Assembly: GCA_016215205.1 (NCBI GenBank)
Contig: JACRKU010000029.1
Span: 1-48,617 of the forward strand
Length of the DNA stretch: 48,617 nt
Direction of reading: 5' to 3'
Origin: Candidatus Yonathbacteria bacterium
Lineage (GTDB): Bacteria > Patescibacteriota > Minisyncoccia > Phycocordibacterales > UBA1550
The translations under genes were made by a program, and so were the position numbers. Shown one piece after another: positions 28,476 to 37,893 of the stretch. A model generated the notes under the pieces. The model saw only the letters and a list, made by a program, of their open reading frames with translations. It was not told where the DNA came from and did not search any database. Position 1 is the stretch's first letter, and each line of letters starts with the position of its first letter.

Positions 28476-29252
28476 ATGGTAGTACAAAAATCAACAAAGA
28501 AGGCAAAAACAACCTCCTGGGGCGGTGTGGCGCATTGGTATGACAAACTTCTTGCGGATGATGACACCTATCAAGCGCGGGTCATTTTGCCGAATATTCT
28601 TCGCGCGATGGCGATTAAAAAGGGGGAGCGGGTCCTTGACCTTGCATGCGGGCAGGGGTTCTTTACGCAAGCGTTCTTTCATGAGGGTGCGCGTGCGACG
28701 GGTGTGGACTTGGGGAAGCAGCTCATCCTCATTGCAAAAAAACATTCACCAAAAGAGATTCAATATTTTACACAGTCCGTAGAAGACCTGTCGCTATTTG
28801 AAGACAATTCTTTTGATAAGATTACGATTGTGCTTGCGATTCAGAATATCGAAGCGCCCCACAAAGTTTTCAAAGAGTGCGCGCGCGTGCTTGTGTCCGG
28901 GGGCAAACTTTTTCTTGTGCTCAATCATCCTGCGTTCCGCATCCCAAAAGCGAGCGCATGGGGTTTTGATGAAGAGACAAAAATCCAATATCGTCGCATC
29001 GACCGCTATATGTCGGAATCAAAAGTGGAAATTGAAATGAATCCAAGCAAGCGTGACAGCAAGACAACCATTTCATTTCATCGTCCGCTTCAGTATTATT
29101 TCAAGACGCTCGCAAACAGCGGATTCACGGTGGCGCGTCTTGAAGAGTGGCTCTCGCACAGAGAAAGCGAAAAGGGTCCGCGTAAAGCGGCGGAGGACAG
29201 AGCGCGCAAAGAGGTCCCCCTCTTTCTCTTTCTTGAAATTATAAAAAAATAA
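28476..29252 (+). CDS. Class I SAM-dependent methyltransferase
   Basis: VLDLACGQG, TGVDLG, SFDKI. Confidence 0.88.
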   Translation: MVVQKSTKKAKTTSWGGVAHWYDKLLADDDTYQARVILPNILRAMAIKKGERVLDLACGQGFFTQAFFHEGARATGVDLGKQLILIAKKHSPKEIQYFTQSVEDLSLFEDNSFDKITIVLAIQNIEAPHKVFKECARVLVSGGKLFLVLNHPAFRIPKASAWGFDEETKIQYRRIDRYMSESKVEIEMNPSKRDSKTTISFHRPLQYYFKTLANSGFTVARLEEWLSHRESEKGPRKAAEDRARKEVPLFLFLEIIKK

Positions 29253-29256
29253 CAAA

Positions 29257-30234
29257 ATGTTCGGGTTAATATTAAATATTATTTTAGGAATTTTAGCGCT
29301 CGTGAGCGCGGGGGCGGGCGCATACACATATCTTGAACAAGCTGTCGGGCCTCGCGCTACGGTAGAGCAAGCCGCACAAAAGAAACCGGTTGTAATTTCC
29401 GCAACTTCGACAACATCGGGAGAAAAGAAAGCGGTTGTAAAAACTCCCGTTAAAACAAACGGCAGTCTTATGCCGAAAAAAGTAGTGGCATCCAAGACCA
29501 TTGTCACTCCCGGACCGCTTCGCAGGGCAACATCAACTCCCGTCGTGATAAATTCATTGGCACTCACCGTGCCGGGAGTTATTCAATATACAAATGATGC
29601 CCGAATGCAAAATGGCGCACTTTCCCCGCTTACGGAAAATCTCAACCTTGATCGCGACGCGCAGATGAAACTCGATGACATGTTTGCAAAGCAGTATTTT
29701 GAACACATATCGCCCTCTGGCGCCGGGCCGGCAGACCTTGCTAACGCAGTGGGCTATGCGTACGTGATCGTTGGAGAGAATCTCGCGCTCGGGGATTTTG
29801 GTTCGGACCAAGGCGTTGTGACTGCGTGGATGAATAGTCCGGGTCATCGGGCAAATATTTTAAAGCCACAATATCAAGAGATAGGGGTCGCGGTAGGAAA
29901 AGGAATGTATGAGGGACACGATACATGGATTGCGGTGCAGAGTTTTGGCATGCCACTGTCTTCGTGCCCGACCATTGATGTAAGTCTCAAGGCGCAAATT
30001 AATATGAACAACGGAGCGATTGCGAGATTGCGCTCCCTACTTGATGCGAAAAAAGCGCAGATTGATGCGACCCCAATAAATGATTCCAACTACAATGTGT
30101 ATGTAAATGAATTTAATGCCATCGTACCGCAGTATAATTCGCTTGTGGAAACCAACCGCGTTAATGTCGCAACCTATAATGCAGGGGTGCAGGCATTTAA
30201 TGCATGCATTAGCGCCGCCTCCAGTGCGACTTAG
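29257..30234 (+). CDS. Secreted CAP/SCP-domain protein
   Basis: N-terminal TM, YFEHISP, VGENLALG, AWMNSPGHRANIL. Confidence 0.9.
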   Translation: MFGLILNIILGILALVSAGAGAYTYLEQAVGPRATVEQAAQKKPVVISATSTTSGEKKAVVKTPVKTNGSLMPKKVVASKTIVTPGPLRRATSTPVVINSLALTVPGVIQYTNDARMQNGALSPLTENLNLDRDAQMKLDDMFAKQYFEHISPSGAGPADLANAVGYAYVIVGENLALGDFGSDQGVVTAWMNSPGHRANILKPQYQEIGVAVGKGMYEGHDTWIAVQSFGMPLSSCPTIDVSLKAQINMNNGAIARLRSLLDAKKAQIDATPINDSNYNVYVNEFNAIVPQYNSLVETNRVNVATYNAGVQAFNACISAASSAT

Positions 30235-30269
30235 TTTGTATTTTTAGATTTTTCTGCTAAACTCCCCCT

Positions 30270-30494
30270 ATGATAAAAGAATTTTTACTTAAACAAGTTA
30301 TTAAACGTCAGCTAAAAGGCGTGCCCGAGGCTGAAATTGACCGTATCATTGGTCTTGTGGAAAAGAACCCGGAGCTTTTCAAAAAGATTGGTGACGAGAT
30401 AAAGGCAAAGGTAAAAAGCGGTCGCTCAGAGCAGGCGGCTTCTATGGAGGTCATGAGGGCGCATCAGGGCGAACTTCAAAAAATACTAAAGTAA
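30270..30494 (+). CDS. Small helical hypothetical protein upstream of ychF
   Basis: TGCTAAACT -10 box 6 nt upstream; translational coupling to ychF. Confidence 0.7.
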   Translation: MIKEFLLKQVIKRQLKGVPEAEIDRIIGLVEKNPELFKKIGDEIKAKVKSGRSEQAASMEVMRAHQGELQKILK

Positions 30495-30495
30495 C

Positions 30496-31593
30496 ATGGC
30501 ACTCGCAATAGGCATCGTCGGGCTTCCAAATGTGGGCAAGTCCACACTTTTTAATGCCCTTACCAAAAAATCTGTCCCCGCGGAAAATTATCCGTTTTGC
30601 ACCATAGATCCGTCGGTGGGTGTGGTTGCGGTGCCTGACGAGCGTCTCCATAAGCTCGCGGAGTTTTCAAAAACACAAAAGACGATTCCGGCTGCTGTTG
30701 AGTTTGTGGATATTGCCGGACTTGTAAAAGGCGCATCAGAGGGGGAAGGTTTGGGTAATCAATTTCTCTCCCACATCCGCGAGACAGATGCGATAGCAGA
30801 GGTGGTGCGTATTTTTGAGGACGAGAACATCATACATGTGGACGGAAAAATCGATCCAGTATCTGACATTGAGACAATCAACCTAGAGCTCATTCTTGCT
30901 GATATGCAGACTGTTGCAAAACGTCTCGCAAACATTGAAAAGGATGTAAAGCGCGGGGACAAGGAAGCGATAAAAGAAAAAGAAATCCTTGCACGCGTGG
31001 AGGAAGCGCTTGAAGCTGGTTCGCTTTCGCAAGAGGTTTCTCTCAAAGAAGAAGAGCGCGCTATTTTGCGTACAATGCACTTGCTTACGATGAAGCCGAT
31101 TTTGTATGTATTAAATAAAAAAGCGGGCGGAAAAAATTTGGACGATATGAACGATCCGCGATACACGGCTCTTCTCGCGTATGTTAAGGCTCGCAAGGCG
31201 CACTATGTGATTGTGGATGCTGGAGTGGAGCACGAGCTCTCGCAATTTGAAGGTGAGGAAAAAGAAATGTTTCGCGCGGAGCTCGGTTCAAAAAATGATG
31301 GCATCAATGATCTCATTACCAAAGGTTATGAAATGCTTGGACTTGAGACTTATTTTACGACCGGCGAAAAAGAAACTCGCGCATGGACAATCAAAAAAGG
31401 AAGCACGGCACCGATGGCGGGAATGGCAATCCATACGGATTTCAAAGATAAGTTTATACGCGCGGAGATTATTTTTTGGAAAGACTTGCTTGATGCGGGC
31501 TCTTTTGTAAATGCGAAGGAAAAGGGGTTGCTAAGGATTGAAGGGAAAGAATATATTGTGAAGGATGGCGATGTGATTGAGTTTAGGGTTTAG
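30496..31593 (+). CDS. ychF: Redox-regulated ATPase YchF
   Basis: GLPNVGKSTLF, NYPFCTI, DIAGLVKGASEGEGLGNQFL, EYIVKDGD. Confidence 0.97.
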   Translation: MALAIGIVGLPNVGKSTLFNALTKKSVPAENYPFCTIDPSVGVVAVPDERLHKLAEFSKTQKTIPAAVEFVDIAGLVKGASEGEGLGNQFLSHIRETDAIAEVVRIFEDENIIHVDGKIDPVSDIETINLELILADMQTVAKRLANIEKDVKRGDKEAIKEKEILARVEEALEAGSLSQEVSLKEEERAILRTMHLLTMKPILYVLNKKAGGKNLDDMNDPRYTALLAYVKARKAHYVIVDAGVEHELSQFEGEEKEMFRAELGSKNDGINDLITKGYEMLGLETYFTTGEKETRAWTIKKGSTAPMAGMAIHTDFKDKFIRAEIIFWKDLLDAGSFVNAKEKGLLRIEGKEYIVKDGDVIEFRV

Positions 31594-31668
31594 GAAATAA
31601 TACAAAAAATAAAAAGAAATAAAAAGTCCTGGACTTTTTATTTCTTTTTATTTTTTGTATTATTTCCT
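31592..31668. terminator. 77-bp perfect inverted repeat (38-bp arms, 1-nt centre) between convergent genes
   Basis: Arms checked base by base. Confidence 0.85.
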
Positions 31669-32928
31669 GACGAATGCCTCCCTCGGGGAAAGCTTGGATG
31701 CGTTTCTGGATGGCCAGTATCCTGAAATCAAACCGATACATGAAGATAGAATAAGAGTTGTAATGGCAAACCAAGCCGGGGTTATAAAGAGCGTAAGCGC
31801 CTTACTTCCAAGGTTTGTCGAAAGTGTGCTCATAATGAAATTTATAAGCGCGCCGCCGCCCATACCGATACCGATTCCCATTACTCCTCCAAGAAATCCA
31901 ATCATAAAGGATTCCATAAGGAACAAATTTTGCACATCGCCGTCTGTCGCACCGAGCGACTTCATAACACCCACTTCATAAATACGCTCGAGGAACCCGA
32001 CAATCATAGTGTTGAACATTCCTATAGCTGACACAATGAGGGCTGCGGTACCGAAAACCAAAAGAACAGTAGTGATGGCGTTAGTAATCTTTTTTGCTTG
32101 ATTTACGAGGTCCACTTTTGCGCTGATGAGAAATCCCTCTTTTTCAAGTTTATCGCGAAGCGGCAGAACTGCATCCACATTTTTTGCTTTGATGAGCATG
32201 CTTTTAAAAGCAGTGGGTTCTTTAGAGACAGAAGAATATGGAATATAGGCAAGCGGCGGTTCTGTTTCATCGCTGATAATGCCGCGAATTTGAAGTTTTG
32301 AAACGAGCACTTCCTCTGACGTCTCATCTGGTTTGGGATAAGAAACTTTTCCCGTAACTTCTTTGCCAATAATACTCTGATCCGGTTTGAGTCCGAGTAG
32401 CTTGAGTGCTTGCGTCGAGAGGACTACTCCAGGAGTATCCTCGCTAAATACTTCTCCAAGGTCTGGTGAAACACCAGCCAATTTGAAGTATGAAGATTTA
32501 ACCACGCGTGTTATCGGAACGATGCCGGGAGCTCCGCCCTCAATGGACATTTCGCCGGAGAATTCTGCGACAGGACTGATCTTGTCAACTCCTTCATTAA
32601 GTCTAATCTCCGTCATTTTGGCGGAGTTTATAGCTTTTCCGCTCTCGGTCGGGTAGGACGCTTCGAGTGTCATCAGGGAATCTTCACCAGTGAGTAGGCT
32701 GCCAATCAAAATATATTGAAGACCATAACCGAGCGACACAAGAAATACGACTGTGCCGATGCCGACAGACATTCCGAGCACTGTTAATATAGTACGCGTG
32801 GGCTTTGTGCGAAAGACGCGGAATGAAAGCTTGAGAAGGTCCAACATCGAAAGACTGTGGTCGATCTTTACCTCAAATTTTTGCGGCGCGCTCGATTCTT
32901 CTTTTTGTTTTTCGGTGGTTGTTTCCAT
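31660..32928 (-). CDS. MacB/FtsX-family ABC permease
   Basis: RTILTVLGMSVGIG, ERIYEVGVMKSLGA..LFLMES, GLISGYWPS. Confidence 0.92.
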   Translation of the reverse strand: METTTEKQKEESSAPQKFEVKIDHSLSMLDLLKLSFRVFRTKPTRTILTVLGMSVGIGTVVFLVSLGYGLQYILIGSLLTGEDSLMTLEASYPTESGKAINSAKMTEIRLNEGVDKISPVAEFSGEMSIEGGAPGIVPITRVVKSSYFKLAGVSPDLGEVFSEDTPGVVLSTQALKLLGLKPDQSIIGKEVTGKVSYPKPDETSEEVLVSKLQIRGIISDETEPPLAYIPYSSVSKEPTAFKSMLIKAKNVDAVLPLRDKLEKEGFLISAKVDLVNQAKKITNAITTVLLVFGTAALIVSAIGMFNTMIVGFLERIYEVGVMKSLGATDGDVQNLFLMESFMIGFLGGVMGIGIGMGGGALINFIMSTLSTNLGSKALTLFITPAWFAITTLILSSCIGLISGYWPSRNASKLSPREAFVRK

Positions 32929-32936
32929 AAATTATT

Positions 32937-34238
32937 TTAGTGAAAGACTTGATAGTTCTTGCCTGTAAGAATTGTCTCGAGGCGCTCCGATGCGGCGCGT
33001 ACGGTGCCCAGCGCGAGCCCCACGCCAAAGTCTGCTCGTGAAAGTTCGAGTACTTGGCGGAAATTTTCAGGGCTGATTATATTGCGAAATCGATCTTCTA
33101 CCGCTTCGTCGAAGCGGGCGATTTGAACATCCGAAAGGATTCCTTTATAATCCTCGAGGAGCCACGCGCGCATTTTTACGACCTCTTCGTAGAGAGGGGT
33201 CTCAGGGTCTTTTTCCAGCTCGCGGTAAACATCCTCGATTCTTTTTCGGTTCTCAATAAGCTCCTCTATTGTAAGGGCGATTTTTCTCGCGCGTTGTTTC
33301 CAAAGGCCCGCCCCGCCGTCTTTGAACGGGCTGTCGAGAAAATCAATAAATGTCGGCGTGTTAATTTCTCCTGCGAGGCGTTTGGTAAGGAACATTTCAA
33401 AACGCTTTATCTCTTCACCGGAAAAGCCGCGCATCAGCATGTAGGAAAGCGATCGTGCCATTAGGCGCTCGGGGGTAATATCGGGGAACAGGTTGTGATA
33501 AAGATGTTCGGAGAGTGTTTTTTGCGCGGCTTGTTTCTTTTCCCTCTCTTCTTTTTTGATTACCTCGCCGTCTTTGAGATAGAAAATTGTCTTTGCATCG
33601 CGAAGGCTCCATGATTCGTGGGTAACCATAATAATCGTGCGACCGTCTTTTTCATTGAGCTCTTTCAAAAACTCGAGCGCTTTGTTTGCATTTTCCGAAT
33701 CGAGGTTTCCGAGAGGTTCATCGGCGATGATGAGCGGCGGGTTGTTGGAGAGCGCGCGAGCTATACTTACGCGTTGTTGTTGTCCACCCGAAAGGTCAGA
33801 TGGAAAACGCTCGGCGTATTTTGTCATACCGAAACGGGCGAGCAGTTTCATTGCTTCTTTTCTGCGACGTTCGACGTTGATGCCGAGGAACGCCATTGGA
33901 AGCGCGACATTGTCGAGGACTGTGAGCGAGGGAAGAAGGTTGAATTGTTGAAATATAATACCAACGCCAATTTGACGATAAACAGCGAGCTCCTTTTTTG
34001 AAAGACCGCGAAGGTCGCGTCCGTTGATGAGAACATGCCCAGACTCTGTATTTTCAGTTTCGATTCCGCCAATCAAATAGATGAGAGTTGTTTTACCGCA
34101 ACCTGACGGTCCGAAAAATGCCGCATATCCGCCACGCTCAATCTCAAGACTGACATCTTTCAATGCGTGCGCCTCCGACGGCTTGCCGCGATTGTAGTAG
34201 AAGTTTATATCTTCAAGTTTTACGAGTGGCGTGCTCAT
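32937..34238 (-). CDS. MacB/LolD-type ABC ATPase with ~200-aa C-terminal extension
   Basis: GPSGCGKT, LSGGQQQRV, IADEP, MVTHE. Confidence 0.92.
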   Translation of the reverse strand: MSTPLVKLEDINFYYNRGKPSEAHALKDVSLEIERGGYAAFFGPSGCGKTTLIYLIGGIETENTESGHVLINGRDLRGLSKKELAVYRQIGVGIIFQQFNLLPSLTVLDNVALPMAFLGINVERRRKEAMKLLARFGMTKYAERFPSDLSGGQQQRVSIARALSNNPPLIIADEPLGNLDSENANKALEFLKELNEKDGRTIIMVTHESWSLRDAKTIFYLKDGEVIKKEEREKKQAAQKTLSEHLYHNLFPDITPERLMARSLSYMLMRGFSGEEIKRFEMFLTKRLAGEINTPTFIDFLDSPFKDGGAGLWKQRARKIALTIEELIENRKRIEDVYRELEKDPETPLYEEVVKMRAWLLEDYKGILSDVQIARFDEAVEDRFRNIISPENFRQVLELSRADFGVGLALGTVRAASERLETILTGKNYQVFH

Positions 34239-34244
34239 TGTATT

Positions 34245-34685
34245 TTATTTGTGGGAAGCGTCAGTATCGAACGAATTAATGATTTTAAGTATGTCCTGCG
34301 GCATATTCTCGTCTTTTTTGAGATACATTTCCGCGCCGAGGGCGAGCGCTTTCTCGCGGTACTCTTCTTCGTTGTAACTTGAAAAAATAACGATGCGAAT
34401 CGCCTTCGTCTGCGGATCATTCTTGATGCGCTTAAGCATTGAAAACCCCGCCTCAGCGCTCGTTTCGGTTTTCCCGTTATTTACAAACGGCATTACGAGA
34501 CCCATAAAAATAATATCGGGACGCGTAGCCGGATTCTCGATGAAAACCAATGCCTCTTCTATGCGCCCGACCGTGGTGAGCTCGTATTTGTCGTCAAGCC
34601 TGTGAAGCCAAAACACATTTGAAAACATCAGGCGGACAATCTCGTTGTCATCAATAAGGAGAAGTTTCTTTTTGCGCGATTCCAT
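34245..34685 (-). CDS. Stand-alone response regulator receiver
   Basis: LLLIDDN, PDIIFMG (phospho-Asp position appears to be G rather than D), IVIFSS, YLKK. Confidence 0.8.
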   Translation of the reverse strand: MESRKKKLLLIDDNEIVRLMFSNVFWLHRLDDKYELTTVGRIEEALVFIENPATRPDIIFMGLVMPFVNNGKTETSAEAGFSMLKRIKNDPQTKAIRIVIFSSYNEEEYREKALALGAEMYLKKDENMPQDILKIINSFDTDASHK

Positions 34686-34772
34686 TACTCATCATTTTAC
34701 CATAGAGTGGTTTGGTAATGGAAGTATTTTTGATGGTTGCGCACTATGATTTTGTGGGGTACAATTGCGTAT

Positions 34773-35345
34773 ATGGAAACAAACATAACATCTGGAGTTC
34801 AAGCACCCACACGCCACCCGCTTTTTAAATGGATTCTCGTGGTCGGAATTGCCATTGTCGCCAATCTCTTTTTGAACTATGCGCTTGATGCGTTTTACCA
34901 AAGGCCGCTTTTTGAGACATTTTGTCCAAGCAAACAAGTAAATGTGCCTATCACAACGGAAAAAGCGTGCACCGATGTTGGCGGACAGTGGAACAGTGAC
35001 CCGTATCGCTATATTGAAGCGACGAAACCAATTCCCGCAGATGCGCCGAAGGGGTATTGCAATGAAAATTTTACCTGTCAGAAAGGTTTTGAGTCTGCCG
35101 ATAAGCTGTATCAAAGAAATGTGTTCATCGTGCTTGTAGCCGCGGGTACGGTATTTCTTGTCGGCAGTCTTTTTGCAACTGCGGTCGAGGCGGTAGCCCT
35201 CGGCTTCTCTCTTGCCGGAATTTTGTCGTTTATTATTGGAACAATGAGATACTGGTCAAGCATGGATGAACGTCTGCGTGTCGTGGTTCTCGGTCTCGCA
35301 CTCGCGGCGTTGGTGTGGGTTGGTATCAAAAAATTCAGAGACTAA
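34773..35345 (+). CDS. Membrane protein with a Cys-containing extracellular loop
   Basis: 4 TM segments, four loop cysteines; ATG 34773 follows a TACAAT box. Confidence 0.7.
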   Translation: METNITSGVQAPTRHPLFKWILVVGIAIVANLFLNYALDAFYQRPLFETFCPSKQVNVPITTEKACTDVGGQWNSDPYRYIEATKPIPADAPKGYCNENFTCQKGFESADKLYQRNVFIVLVAAGTVFLVGSLFATAVEAVALGFSLAGILSFIIGTMRYWSSMDERLRVVVLGLALAALVWVGIKKFRD

Positions 35346-35352
35346 TTTCACT

Positions 35353-37773
35353 ATGGCCGAAAAGTATGACCATAAGAAGGTAGAAAAAAAATGGCAGGCC
35401 ATTTGGGAGGCGGCGGGAATGTATCGTGCGGACGAAAAATCCGCGAAGCCGAAAAAATATGTGCTTGATATGTTCCCGTATCCGTCCGGCGATGGGCTAC
35501 ATGTGGGGCACGCGGAAAACTACACCGCGACCTGCATCTATTCGCGCTATATGCGCATGAAGGGATTTAATGTCCTTCATCCAATCGGATGGGACGCTTT
35601 TGGTTTGCCTGCCGAGAACTATGCCATTAAAACAAATGTGCATCCCGACGAGAGCACGCACAAGAACATTAAAACTTTTTCTGAGCAGATTAAGACACTC
35701 GGCATATCGTATGATTGGACGCGCGAGATAGACACTTCATCACCTGAGTACTACCGTTGGACTCAATGGTTCTTTCTTCTTTTATATAAAAACGGCTTCG
35801 CATATAAAAAGAAAGCAAAGGTAAACTGGTGCGATTCGTGCAAGACCGTGCTTGCAAACGAACAGGCCGAAGGCGGTGTTTGCGAGCGTTGTAAAAATAT
35901 GGTGGCGCAAAAAGACCTTGAGCAATGGTTTTTCAAAATTACGCATTTTGCAGAAGATTTAATAAAAGACCTTGATACAGTTGATTGGCCGTCATCAACT
36001 GTCGCTCAGCAACGCAACTGGATTGGCAAGAGCGAGGGTGTTGAGTTTGGAATGGATATTTCTGAAACCAATGAGTCAATCCGCGTTTATACCACACGCA
36101 TTGATACGGTATTTGGGATGACCTATGTTGTGCTCGCTCCAGAGCATCAGCTTGTTGAAAGGCTTCGCGCATTTATAAAAAATTCTGCAGAGGTTCTCGC
36201 ATACATTGAAACGACAAAGAAAAAGACTGAGCTTGAGCGCACGGAACTCGCGAAAGAAAAAACCGGAGTGAGACTAGATGGCTTGGAAGCAGTCAATCCG
36301 TTTACCGGCAAGCCCGTCCCTATATTCATTGCTGACTATGTGCTTGGGAACTATGGCACTGGCGCAGTGATGGCGGTCCCTGCGCACGACGAGCGTGATT
36401 TTCTATTTGCGAAGAAGTTTGATTTGCCCGTAGTGATGGTGGTATGTCCGCATTACCCATCACCAACTTGCCCTGTCCTTGACGAAGCATACACAGGAGA
36501 TGGCAAACTCGTGATGTCGGGAGAGTTTGACGGGTTAACATCGTCGGATGCGCGCGAACGGATGGCAGAGTGGCTGGAGAAAAAAGAAATTGGCTTCAAG
36601 AAAGTGAATTACAGACTTCGGGATTGGCTCGTATCGCGCCAGCGCTACTGGGGCGCGCCTATTCCTATTATCTACTGCACGATGTGCGGAGAGGTGCCTG
36701 TGCCGGAGGACAATCTTCCAGTGCTTCTTCCGAAAGATGTGGATTTTCGTCCGACCGGGGAGTCGCCGCTTGCGCTCTCAGAAAGTTTTCATAATGTTTC
36801 GTGTCCCAAATGCGGAATGAAAGCAAAACGCGAGTCAGACACGATGGACACTTTTGTGTGTTCAAGCTGGTACTACCTCCGCTTTGCAGACCCCAAAAAC
36901 AAAACGGCATTTGCGGGGAAGGGGGCGATGGAGAAATGGCTTCCCGTGGATATGTATATGGGGGGTGCGGAACACACGGTGCTACATCTCCTTTACGCGC
37001 GGTTTTTTACAAAGGTATTGAATTCGTTCGGGTTTGTTTCCTTCAAAGAACCATTCATGAAACTTCGCCATCAGGGAATGATCCTCGGCGCTGATGGACG
37101 AAAGATGTCAAAGTCACTTGGCAATGTGGAGAATCCAAATAAATATATTGAATCAGATGGCGCAGATGCGCTTCGCTTGTACGAAATGTTTATGGGCCCC
37201 CTTGCTGATATGAAGCCATGGAATCCAAACGGCATCATCGGCCCGCGGCGTTTCCTTGAGCGTGTGTGGCGATTGAAGCAAAAAGTTTTGAATACCGCTG
37301 ACGAAAAAGCAATCGACTCGGTGCTACACAAAACCATTAAAAAGGTCGGCGATGATATTGAAGAGTTTAGTTTCAACACCGCTATCTCTGCCATGATGAT
37401 TTTGGTAAATGAAATGGAAAAACTCGAAGTGATTTCAAAGGGTGCTTATGAAACTTTACTTCTCCTTCTTTCTCCGTTCGCGCCGCATATTACCGATGAG
37501 CTTTGGCACGATATCGGCAACACGAAATCAATTCACCTTGCTTCGTTCCCTGTGTTTGATTCGTCTAAGTGTATTGCGAGTGAAATCACGATTGCCATTC
37601 AGATTGGAGGCAAACTCCGCGGCACGATAGTAGTCGAGCGGGACACTCCAGAGGACACAATAAAAGGTCTGGTCCTTGCTCGTCCGGATATTGCAAAATG
37701 GGTGAACGGGAAGATTATAAAAAAGATTATTATGGTAAAAGGCAAGCTTCTCAATATCGTGGTAGGGGATTAA
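35353..37773 (+). CDS. leuS: Leucine--tRNA ligase
   Basis: MFPYPSGDGLHVGH (HIGH), KMSKS, WLVSRQRYWG. Start ATG 35353. Confidence 0.98.
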   Translation: MAEKYDHKKVEKKWQAIWEAAGMYRADEKSAKPKKYVLDMFPYPSGDGLHVGHAENYTATCIYSRYMRMKGFNVLHPIGWDAFGLPAENYAIKTNVHPDESTHKNIKTFSEQIKTLGISYDWTREIDTSSPEYYRWTQWFFLLLYKNGFAYKKKAKVNWCDSCKTVLANEQAEGGVCERCKNMVAQKDLEQWFFKITHFAEDLIKDLDTVDWPSSTVAQQRNWIGKSEGVEFGMDISETNESIRVYTTRIDTVFGMTYVVLAPEHQLVERLRAFIKNSAEVLAYIETTKKKTELERTELAKEKTGVRLDGLEAVNPFTGKPVPIFIADYVLGNYGTGAVMAVPAHDERDFLFAKKFDLPVVMVVCPHYPSPTCPVLDEAYTGDGKLVMSGEFDGLTSSDARERMAEWLEKKEIGFKKVNYRLRDWLVSRQRYWGAPIPIIYCTMCGEVPVPEDNLPVLLPKDVDFRPTGESPLALSESFHNVSCPKCGMKAKRESDTMDTFVCSSWYYLRFADPKNKTAFAGKGAMEKWLPVDMYMGGAEHTVLHLLYARFFTKVLNSFGFVSFKEPFMKLRHQGMILGADGRKMSKSLGNVENPNKYIESDGADALRLYEMFMGPLADMKPWNPNGIIGPRRFLERVWRLKQKVLNTADEKAIDSVLHKTIKKVGDDIEEFSFNTAISAMMILVNEMEKLEVISKGAYETLLLLLSPFAPHITDELWHDIGNTKSIHLASFPVFDSSKCIASEITIAIQIGGKLRGTIVVERDTPEDTIKGLVLARPDIAKWVNGKIIKKIIMVKGKLLNIVVGD

Positions 37774-37893
37774 AAGCTTATAAATAGGGGGTTTTTCGGG
37801 GAAATCCCCTAACAAACGGAAAAACCTTGACTTCCCACCCATTTAGTGATAAAAAGTAAATACTTAATATGATATTTTAACAGTTGATTACAT

